The notes: generated by a model not told the origin, from the letters alone. DNA of 61,731 bases, filler included, from 8 parts of 8 records of this genome joined end to end with filler, not necessarily neighbours in it, one strand, 5' to 3'; positions 21,711-29,276 are shown, counted from the first letter of the whole stretch. Made by a program: numbers and translations.

Positions 21711-22673
21711 TTAATTATCATCATTCCAAAATAAAGGTGCCAGATAAACACCCCCTCGAGCCCAACCGGCTCGACTAACATACCATTTTCCATCATCAGT
21801 CTGGATTACTTCTGCACAATGTGCAGGAATATCGGCAACCTGATCTTCAACTTCCCAGAGGAATGGGCTGTCACTCTCATAAGCTACAGTATTATCATAC
21901 GGTTTATTGGTACAAACAAATAGGTAGTATTTACCTTTCCGCCTTACTACGTATGGCGATTCTGTTGGACCTCCAAAAGTTCCGACAACAGGATGTGTAA
22001 AAACGACCTTTGGATCTTTCCAATTCACCAAATCATCACTAACCACAGCCACGACAACATGATTGCCTTTTGCCGCCGGACGGTTCGCAGTATAGTACAT
22101 AATCCATTTACTGCCATCTCGAAGAATCATAGGATCACGTCCATCGTAACCATCAGTAACCATTGGATTTGCAGGATGCCTTTCCCAGTTCTTCAAATCT
22201 TTTGAAGTAGCTAAATGAATGCGATAAGTAGTATGACTATCTCCCCCTGCACAATAGAACATGTAGTAAACGCCCTCATGGTATTGCACAAACGGAGCCC
22301 AAAGTAGTTCTTCATTCCATGGGACTTCAGGCGCATAAGATAATCCAAAGGGCTTTTTCACCCATGGTTGTTGAATTAAAGAATCGGCAACAGCATGCGC
22401 AAAATGTTTCTCGTTTAACGGATCCCGTGGCTCTTCGTGGGTAATTCCGTAAAGATGCCACCTGCCTGTATGATCTTGTATAAAACAATGATCGTTAATA
22501 TACCACTGTCTGCTTTCGCCAATTCCCTGATCGTAAATATTGACAAAATCACCAAACGTAATTTTTTTGTAAGACCTATCGGAGGTATCAGTATAAACAC
22601 CTTGTGCAAAAGAGTTAAAACTCAACACGACTATACAAAAGAAGATAATATTGATTGAAAAAAATCTTACCAT
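21711..22673 (-). CDS. Five-bladed beta-propeller glycoside hydrolase (GH32/GH43 clan-like)
   Basis: Signal peptide; INDH, WAP, RDP and ESP motifs. Confidence 0.75.
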   Translation of the reverse strand: MVRFFSINIIFFCIVVLSFNSFAQGVYTDTSDRSYKKITFGDFVNIYDQGIGESRQWYINDHCFIQDHTGRWHLYGITHEEPRDPLNEKHFAHAVADSLIQQPWVKKPFGLSYAPEVPWNEELLWAPFVQYHEGVYYMFYCAGGDSHTTYRIHLATSKDLKNWERHPANPMVTDGYDGRDPMILRDGSKWIMYYTANRPAAKGNHVVVAVVSDDLVNWKDPKVVFTHPVVGTFGGPTESPYVVRRKGKYYLFVCTNKPYDNTVAYESDSPFLWEVEDQVADIPAHCAEVIQTDDGKWYVSRAGWARGGVYLAPLFWNDDN

Positions 22674-22678
22674 ATTAA

Positions 22679-23520
22679 TTAATTAAAATCAGGAATAATG
22701 TAACTGTAAACCTCATAATCCAATTCGCTCCAGGCACTTTGTCTGGGGAAAGGGAAGCCAGGGAAGAGTTCCTGATCATTGGAAATAAAATTGATTTTTA
22801 TTTTTACTTTTTCCATTCCCTGAGTCAAACTGGCTGGAACCATAAATTCATCATCGCGGAACCTTCGGTTCGAGGTTTTTGTACGGTGCAGCCTTTTATC
22901 CAATTCACCTCCCGGATCAGAATACAAACAAGTATTTGAACCCGCCAAATACCAAATTCCGGCAAGCCGAAATTCAGGGCTTTCCGCTGTTGCATCCGCC
23001 ACATAAACTTCAGCAGTTTGATTGGGAAAACTATAATCCAATGTTCTTCGCAAGAGCAAACCAACATTTTTCGGAGAAATTTCAATGGTAAATTCGGAAG
23101 TTCCCCGGGTGTAGCGCCCATCCTTTTTTTGCTTTGGAAAAACTTCTGTTCCTGCCATTTCAGTAAAATAGGTTTTGGGTAACATCTTACTGTCATGTCC
23201 CCATCCCAAAGCCGGGAAATGATCAATCCCCCATTCGTATCTGGAAGAAATTGACTCTACACCAGATGCATCAGGTGAACAATACTGGTGCAACTTTTCA
23301 CTTTCAATATCCCCAATATTTATTTCATCGGTTTTTATCAATGAAGCTGCAGGCAAGCCATACCAATAGCTAACATTCTCATAATGCGAAAGTGCTAAAT
23401 TTTCCGCGCCATGTTCGAAACGAATAACGGCACGTTTGCCAAAAGGCATCATATCTGTCCATAAAAAACGATAACCTGACTCAATCAAATCTTTTTCGTG
23501 TTTGGCTTCCTCTTTTTTTG
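22679..23520 (-). CDS. DUF2961/GH172-like glycosidase, C-terminal part (5' truncated)
   Basis: YRF..D..PF.....EHG..N....Y..V.YWY signature at the start of the visible region. Confidence 0.6.
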
Positions 23521-23620
23521 NNNNNNNNNNNNNNNNNNNNNNNNNNNNNNNNNNNNNNNNNNNNTTAATTAATTAANNNNNNNNNNNNNNNNNNNNNNNN
23601 NNNNNNNNNNNNNNNNNNNN
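23521..23620. other. Artificial contig linker
   Basis: N-run + TTAATTAATTAA + N-run. Confidence 0.98.
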
Positions 23621-23785
23621 TTTTTTACTAATTTTCGTCGTTTTTAATCGTTTATACTCTTGATCCAAAAGACGGCGGGCAATACCGGACATACCCTCAT
23701 TAAGCTCTTTAGATAGCCATATAAGGCGTTTATATTCTTCCGGACTCATCCTGACCGTAAACAATTTATGTCGCAATCTAACCAT
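23621..23785 (-). CDS. Ribbon-helix-helix DNA-binding protein (3' truncated)
   Basis: KLFTVRMSPEEYKRL..LSKELNEGMSGIARRLL beta-alpha-alpha pattern. Confidence 0.7.
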
Positions 23786-23792
23786 TGCAGGG

Positions 23793-23821
23793 ATACTATA
23801 TCCTTGTTTTGCAAATGTCAA
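23793..23821 (-). promoter_or_regulatory. Sigma70 promoter of the RHH gene (probably leaderless transcript)
   Basis: TTGACA (23821-23816), 17 nt, TAGTAT (23798-23793), then 7 nt to ATG with no SD. Confidence 0.7.
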
Positions 23822-23877
23822 TTAATCCTGGACGCACGATATAGATTTAACTACCAAGGGCAGTTTTCATGCCAAGG

Positions 23878-24276
23878 TTATTTATTCTTCGGTGGTTGCC
23901 ATTGTTTATTTCCCGATGGCTGCATTGGCTTGTCAATATCCCATCTTGATTTGGTCGAAGATGCGCCTGGAGTATTGTAAGGATTAATTTCTGCCTCAAA
24001 CCTGGTGCCAGGCTCAACATCTCTATCAATCTTAACATTTAAATTCCGATGATTTTTCGAGCTCAAGCCAGAATACCCAGACTCGGTACCAGCATTCTGA
24101 AAACCTTTTTGTTCAGCAAGTAAATCCCGAATTTCGGCAAGAAGACGAATCCCCTTGTTAATCTTCAAATACCAACACCAAACCTCTCTCATAATCAACC
24201 AAACAACTATTGTAAAAACAAGCATAGCAGAACCAAGCTTAATCATATCCATGATCACATAATCAGCATAATTCAT
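23878..24276 (-). CDS. Hypothetical single-TM membrane protein
   Basis: AAGGG RBS; TM helix followed by REVWCWYLKIN..IRLLAEIRDLL. Confidence 0.65.
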   Translation of the reverse strand: MNYADYVIMDMIKLGSAMLVFTIVVWLIMREVWCWYLKINKGIRLLAEIRDLLAEQKGFQNAGTESGYSGLSSKNHRNLNVKIDRDVEPGTRFEAEINPYNTPGASSTKSRWDIDKPMQPSGNKQWQPPKNK

Positions 24277-24667
24277 AAAAATTTCCCTTTTAAAAGGTTA
24301 AAATTGAATTCATTACTAAATAAATCAAAAAGACTTACCACACCCCACACAAATGAGACAAACAGTTTTAAAGGCTTTTCTGGGCCTAAATGGCCGAAGG
24401 TCTTGACTTGGTTTTCCAGATGTTTTTTTAAAAGCAATTTTTAAGAGGAAGTTGGGGGGATCTTGTGAGGATGGGTGTCTAAGATGCAAGGGGGAAGGCT
24501 TCGAATACCTTCCGACAAGTACATAAATCCAACCGATTCCGGGGCTTGCGCTCATTGCCCAGGGCAAATCAAAACGGGGATATTAACAGCGGCAAAACCG
24601 ACGCAAAATCATTCTACACTCACGTGCCGCTCAAGCAACACTAATAATATTTTCAAAAGTTAATATT
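24277..24667. other. Structured intergenic region; candidate replication origin / packaging signal
   Basis: GC-richer non-coding stretch with hairpins gaagg..ccttc, ttgccc-a-gggcaa, agcggca..tgccgct. Confidence 0.4.
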
Positions 24668-24856
24668 CTATATTGTTTCTGGTTCCTTAACCGCATTTTG
24701 CATATCAATATACTGCCTGCAAAGATCCCACCGGTGGGCACAACAATCATTACAAATAAAACGGGCATCGTCAGCAATGCCAAGCGATTTCATAACTTCA
24801 TCAAGCCACATATCCCAGACTTCCCAATTATTTTTTTTACATGCTTCACACTTCAT
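24668..24856 (-). CDS. Small C4 zinc-finger-like protein (62 aa)
   Basis: CEAC...ICNDC; GGGGG SD-like sequence upstream. Confidence 0.6.
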   Translation of the reverse strand: MKCEACKKNNWEVWDMWLDEVMKSLGIADDARFICNDCCAHRWDLCRQYIDMQNAVKEPETI

Positions 24857-24887
24857 TTATTTAGACCCCCAGAATCACGAATATATA

Positions 24888-25037
24888 TTATATTCTTTTC
24901 AATTTCTTTAAAGTGCATTCATTACAAATTTTATGGTCCTTAACTAAGGTCATGATGTTTAACTTTTCCTCTATTTCTGTAAATTTTTTTCCACACTTAG
25001 GACAAAATTCAGATTTTTTTTTACGTTTATTATCCAT
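24888..25037 (-). CDS. Small C4 zinc-finger-like protein (49 aa; not in ORF track)
   Basis: MDNKRKKKSEFCPKCGKKFTEIEEKLNIMTLVKDHKICNECTLKKLKRI; GGGGA RBS. Confidence 0.65.
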   Translation of the reverse strand: MDNKRKKKSEFCPKCGKKFTEIEEKLNIMTLVKDHKICNECTLKKLKRI

Positions 25038-25046
25038 ACTTTCCCC

Positions 25047-25514
25047 CTAATACCATTCCCCATTAATAACAAAATTTTCATATTCAGCATCATTTTTTGA
25101 AAGCTGTTCGTCATAACCTTGAATCAACTGCTCAATTATTTGAGACTTTGACATATTTAAATATTTAGACAGGCATTTTAAATCAATGGCTGCTTTGCGA
25201 CTTATCGCAAATGATGCGGGCCGTTTCTTTTTGTATTCATCAATCTTCTTTCTGCCTGCACCCAGGCGGCGGCCGCCATGTTTCTTCGTCTTATCCTGAA
25301 AAAGTGTTTCCTGGGACTCTTTTATGTCCAGCTTCAAATCAGATGTGGCTAATATTTCTTGAAGATGGGTCCAGGGGATAGATTTTCCATGCACCATAAT
25401 AATATTATTAGGATACCTTTTAATGGTAGCATGCAGGCCTCCGGATTTGTTTAAGATATTCATACCGTCTGTCACAATCGCTTTCAATTCTTCTATTGAT
25501 TTAACCATGTGCAT
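25047..25514 (-). CDS. DNA-binding protein with GGxRxGAGRK motif and C-terminal RHH
   Basis: HGGRRLGAGRKK followed by SFAISRKAAIDL..LSKYLNMSKSQIIEQLI. Confidence 0.7.
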   Translation of the reverse strand: MHMVKSIEELKAIVTDGMNILNKSGGLHATIKRYPNNIIMVHGKSIPWTHLQEILATSDLKLDIKESQETLFQDKTKKHGGRRLGAGRKKIDEYKKKRPASFAISRKAAIDLKCLSKYLNMSKSQIIEQLIQGYDEQLSKNDAEYENFVINGEWY

Positions 25515-25660
25515 CTCCCTGTTTCATATCTTTATCTTGATTTTATTAATAACATAATCAAGCCAACGTGTCAAGAAAAAATTATTATTATTTTCAATTA
25601 TTTTAGCTATTTTCGAATAGTTTTACCCACACAGCTAAAAAACCGCCTTTAAAACGAATA

Positions 25661-26026
25661 TTATTCTTTATGGTTATAATTATATTTTCGGATACCTTTT
25701 TCATCCGGCTGCATCAAGATCCCCTCATCGGTCATAATTAAAACAAGCTCAAAAGCTTGATTAGCTATAATATTCAATTCAATCATTAACTCCCTGTATG
25801 AGACATATCCTTTTTCCTTTATTATTTTTTTTGCCTCTAAATAATCCCGATAATTCCATTTATGATGGATTGATCCTGATAGCTCTTCAAATTTCATTTG
25901 GCTGTCAAAAAACCGATGTTGAACCTCCATATTGCGAATCAAATCAGGATTGTCCTGTATCACACTGGATAGTTCATCAAGAATTGTATCGAATAAATCT
26001 AAGAAATTAAGAAATTTATCTGACAT
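25661..26026 (-). CDS. Stand-alone FtsK-gamma-like winged-helix protein
   Basis: YLEAKKIIKEKGYVSYRELMIELNIIANQAFELVLIMTDEGILMQPDEKGIRK has the spacing pattern of the FtsK gamma domain. Confidence 0.6.
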   Translation of the reverse strand: MSDKFLNFLDLFDTILDELSSVIQDNPDLIRNMEVQHRFFDSQMKFEELSGSIHHKWNYRDYLEAKKIIKEKGYVSYRELMIELNIIANQAFELVLIMTDEGILMQPDEKGIRKYNYNHKE

Positions 26027-26053
26027 CGAAATAGATATTGAAAAAATCAAAAA

Positions 26054-26665
26054 CTATCTCAGTAGGGCAATAATCCAAAAATGTAAAGGATAAGCCACAT
26101 AATAAAAATACTTCGTAATTTTTCTATTGATTTGCCCAGGGCAGGGCAGAGCAGGTAATTTTTTATGCATTAAAAGCGCCGCGGCCGAACCTGCCATATG
26201 ATAATAATCACCGGTCAGCCATGATATCAAAAGGAAAAAAGCTGCCAGAGCCAATATCAAATAAACAAGGCGGTGATGCAAAAAATAAATGGCCAATACA
26301 ACAAAAATATAAACAGATACAACATTTGTAATAATAAGCAGGGGGCAGAGATTTAGAGCAATTATTCCGTAACGCTCATACAAAATTATGGTGATCAGTC
26401 CAAACAAAAGAATGTACAAATCATTGAGCCGGTGAACGTCCGGAAATAACGAACCATAAACAGGCTGGGCGATACAAGCGCAAGTAATAAGGGAAATAAG
26501 ATAAAGTTTTAAATCTTTGGTGTATTTTAGCCCCTGGGTGATCATGTAGGCAAAGAGGGGGAAGGATAGGGTGCCGATACTTCGTAAAATAAATTCGTAT
26601 TCCGGATAAAAGAAAATACAGCCATGATCAATAATCATTGCGGTAAAAGCGATGACTTTAACCAC
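26054..26665 (-). CDS. TraX/TrbP family membrane acetyltransferase
   Basis: KVIAFTAMIIDH, IG.LSFPLFAY....G...T, KYFYYVAYPLH; GTG start after GGGAG. Confidence 0.88.
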   Translation of the reverse strand: MVKVIAFTAMIIDHGCIFFYPEYEFILRSIGTLSFPLFAYMITQGLKYTKDLKLYLISLITCACIAQPVYGSLFPDVHRLNDLYILLFGLITIILYERYGIIALNLCPLLIITNVVSVYIFVVLAIYFLHHRLVYLILALAAFFLLISWLTGDYYHMAGSAAALLMHKKLPALPCPGQINRKITKYFYYVAYPLHFWIIALLR

Positions 26666-26807
26666 GGCCACTCCCGATGTGCATGACATAATGCAAAATT
26701 CGATATGCAGCAATCAGACAAGCTATGGTAACCACCGGGACACCGATCAGGGTGGCAATGTTTGATATGAAAAGAGGTAGATCGAAACCTGCAGGCAAAG
26801 TAATCAT
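26658..26807 (-). CDS. Coat-like 49-aa single-TM protein without signal peptide (not in ORF track)
   Basis: MITLPAGFDLPLFISNIATLIGVPVVTIACLIAAYRILHYVMHIGSGRG; fills the gap and overlaps the traX start. Confidence 0.7.
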   Translation of the reverse strand: MITLPAGFDLPLFISNIATLIGVPVVTIACLIAAYRILHYVMHIGSGRG

Positions 26808-26826
26808 TTTTAATGATCCATTTTAA

Positions 26827-27291
26827 TTAAAGCTTTATGGATAAACCCAAGGCCAATGCACTACATGATAAAGCGCCAATCAATAGAGATATATTTTTAC
26901 TCTGAATATTTGATGCATCTAAAATCATAATGGTTTCTACTGTTCCTGGAGAAGTCGTCAAATCACTAACGGTAATTTCCGATCTCTGATAAAAGGCGTT
27001 CTTTATAATTTCAATCTCTTCGGGGCTGGCCGTAGTAAATTGATAAGGGTCAGACACCGTAAAATGCAAACCGGAATTGTTATAGTTTAATGAATCAATA
27101 AGCCCGGTTCTTTCTTCGGCTAATAGCTCAGATTTTGAAAAAACTAATAACAAAAACATAATACCAAAAAACGAGTGAAACCGGGAAGACCCGGCATTGA
27201 TAGCGGAAACAATTGCCCGGATTATTATCCCCAGGAGAAGAGATATCACGACTAATCCAAAACCATTTGCAAATGCTTCTAAATCAATCAT
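26827..27291 (-). CDS. Membrane protein, possible minor virion protein
   Basis: Hydrophobic N- and C-terminal helices flanking a soluble segment; overlaps the upstream stop. Confidence 0.6.
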   Translation of the reverse strand: MIDLEAFANGFGLVVISLLLGIIIRAIVSAINAGSSRFHSFFGIMFLLLVFSKSELLAEERTGLIDSLNYNNSGLHFTVSDPYQFTTASPEEIEIIKNAFYQRSEITVSDLTTSPGTVETIMILDASNIQSKNISLLIGALSCSALALGLSIKL

Positions 27292-27671
27292 TTAAATAAA
27301 GTCCTTTCCTCTTCCTCTGTTTTACTTGACCACACCAAGCGAGATGAGGATTCTTCATCTTCAAAATTATCAGGTCTTCTTTTTTCAAATTCAGACAATT
27401 TATAAGTGAACATCTTTTCTTCAAACTCTTCTTTTAAATAGGATTCCCGCCATGTTCCCTTGTTGGCTTGCCACCGCCCCCAAGCTCCCTTGGCGTCTTT
27501 GGCTTCTGCGCTCATGCCTAAAAATTGTTTGATATGTACAAAACCGACAAGGATTAACATAATTGTTACCATTGAGGTCAAAAGTAATCCTAAATCTGTT
27601 TTTACAAAACCAACCAACCCTTGATAAAACTGTGTATAAAGTTGGTTTAACAATTGATTTGCTTCCGGCAT
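27288..27671 (-). CDS. Coat-like TM protein with charged C-terminal extension
   Basis: KTD-x10-IxLI-xx-GF aligns without gaps to the 72-aa coat-like ORF. Confidence 0.65.
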   Translation of the reverse strand: MPEANQLLNQLYTQFYQGLVGFVKTDLGLLLTSMVTIMLILVGFVHIKQFLGMSAEAKDAKGAWGRWQANKGTWRESYLKEEFEEKMFTYKLSEFEKRRPDNFEDEESSSRLVWSSKTEEEERTLFK

Positions 27672-27687
27672 GGATTATCCTTTGTTG

Positions 27688-27712
27688 CCGGGGGATCATG
27701 TAGACCCCCCGG
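27688..27712 (-). terminator. 10-bp hairpin immediately after the major coat gene
   Basis: ccggggggtc-tacat-gatcccccgg with one G.U pair on the minus strand; no U tract. Confidence 0.55.
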
Positions 27713-27723
27713 GCTAATGAATG

Positions 27724-27954
27724 TTAGCCTCTGCTCCAGGTGCGTTTAAGGTATTTATAGCCAACGAACAGCATATTGACACCCACAAAGCCAATGAGGA
27801 TTGTCTGAATTAAACCAGACAGGCTGCTGATGTCAAAAGCGCCAAAAATGGCATCAATACCAGTCGGTGTACTGGCAAAGGCATTGCCGATCATGGCAAA
27901 CAGAGACGTCATAAAGGTGGTGATCAAAATACGGGTTCTTGTGAAAAATTTCAT
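27724..27954 (-). CDS. Inovirus major coat protein (pVIII-like)
   Basis: Strong GAGGAGG RBS; signal peptide ending AFA; 49-aa mature chain with amphipathic N-terminus, TM helix and basic tail YKYLKRTWSRG. Confidence 0.8.
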   Translation of the reverse strand: MKFFTRTRILITTFMTSLFAMIGNAFASTPTGIDAIFGAFDISSLSGLIQTILIGFVGVNMLFVGYKYLKRTWSRG

Positions 27955-27973
27955 ACTTCCTCCTCAAAAAAAA

Positions 27974-28192
27974 TTAACGGGTAAAGACCTTAACAAGCAC
28001 ACCAAACCCCGCAATTATCAGCACTATTGCAAGAAAACCGGCAACAGCTGTACTGACATCTGTTTTGATTCCGGTAAACATATCTGCCGATATCAGCGGA
28101 GTCCATGTCTGGGTTGATGTTGAGGCCATAGACAAGGCGGGCAGGGTGCCCACGAACAAAATGCCAGTGAGTAAACGATTAAGAAAACACAT
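27974..28192 (-). CDS. Second pVIII-like coat protein
   Basis: Signal peptide ending SMA; 49-aa mature chain, TM helix, tail VKVFTR; start overlaps the secretin stop. Confidence 0.7.
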   Translation of the reverse strand: MCFLNRLLTGILFVGTLPALSMASTSTQTWTPLISADMFTGIKTDVSTAVAGFLAIVLIIAGFGVLVKVFTR

Positions 28193-29107
28193 ATCGTATA
28201 ACCTCACTATTGATTAATATGGATACGGAAAAAGTGCTTGTATCCTGATTATCAAGGCCCATCTTTAACCAGCTTAAAGCAGACCTTGACACGCTGCCTT
28301 TGTTATATTTCAAACCGCCGATCAGGGTTGTTTCCCCTGCTCTGAAAACGATTTGATTTTTTATATTCCGAACGGTCACCTGGGGCTGCTGGTACACGTT
28401 AGGTTCCGTACCCACTTCCAGGAAACCGGAAATACTTTGTATGTTTGCAGTGAATTGGGTGGATATCACGTTACCGGATACTGATGGTTTCAAGGTTAGG
28501 ATGAGGCCGGATGATTGGGAGCCGAATTCATAGCCCTGGACAACATTATCAGTTGACCCGTTTAAGGCTGATACAGTGATATTTTTGATATAGGGTATCT
28601 TCTCTGATACGTCGAGTTCAGCCTTGGAGCCATTTAAGGCGGAGATCCGGGCGGACTGCAAGACAGAAAAATTTTTAAATTCGTCCAGGGACTCTACAAC
28701 GGATTTAAGGGATAGGTGGCCAGCTCCCAGATTCACAGCAAAAGCAGATCCACTGCCTTTGACACCTAAGGACAATGGCTTTTTATAAACATCAGTAAGA
28801 GTGGCAGAAATTTTAGACCAATCTACGCCATGTTTAAATGCTTTGCTGTCCTGGGCTTCCAAAATCATGACGTCAAAGACAACCAGGGTAAGATATGGGT
28901 TGTCTTTGAAATAATCATAGATTGTCAAATAGGTATAATAATCGGTGTTAAAGACAATCCTGGATGACAGTTCATCATAAAAAGATTCTTCCACACCAAA
29001 AGATGTTAATAATTTTATCAAATTCTCCTGGGTGCCAGGCATGAGCACCTTGACAAAGGCCGGGGAAGTTTTACGGACGATGAGCACACCTGATTTATAT
29101 TTAAAAA
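28179..29107 (-). CDS. Secretin (pIV/GspD/PilN-like), 5' truncated
   Basis: GVDWS, SALNG..A.L.V....PY, GLILTLKPSV, QPQV..R......RAGET.LIGG. Confidence 0.85.
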
Positions 29108-29207
29108 NNNNNNNNNNNNNNNNNNNNNNNNNNNNNNNNNNNNNNNNNNNNTTAATTAATTAANNNNNNNNNNNNNNNNNNNNNNNNNNNNNNNNNNNNN
29201 NNNNNNN
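29108..29207. other. Artificial contig linker
   Basis: N-run + TTAATTAATTAA + N-run. Confidence 0.98.
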
Positions 29208-29221
29208 TTCAGCTTAAAAAT

Positions 29222-29253
29222 AAACAAAAAACCCCGTCACTATAAGACAGGGT
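29222..29253 (-). terminator. Riboswitch-controlled intrinsic terminator
   Basis: accctgtc-ttatagt-gacgggg-ttttttgttt on the minus strand, downstream of the SAM aptamer. Confidence 0.8.
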
Positions 29254-29276
29254 AATAATATATTAAATAATATAAC

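Larger units (their letters stand above)
23621..29107 (-). mobile_element. Filamentous phage (inovirus)-like element, partial
   Basis: Co-oriented secretin, small single-TM coat-like genes with signal peptides and basic C-termini, TraX, RHH regulators; pI/Zot, pIII and Rep not visible in the contig. Confidence 0.72.

Noticed and set aside
24325-24567. 80-aa ORF in the phage intergenic region
   Set aside because: No RBS, atypical composition, overlaps the hairpin-rich region.
25547-25574. Possible dif/attP site near the FtsK-gamma-like gene (TTATGTTATTA, 8/11 to the E. coli XerD arm)
   Set aside because: No recognisable XerC arm at 6-bp spacing; AT-rich and better explained as promoter/operator.
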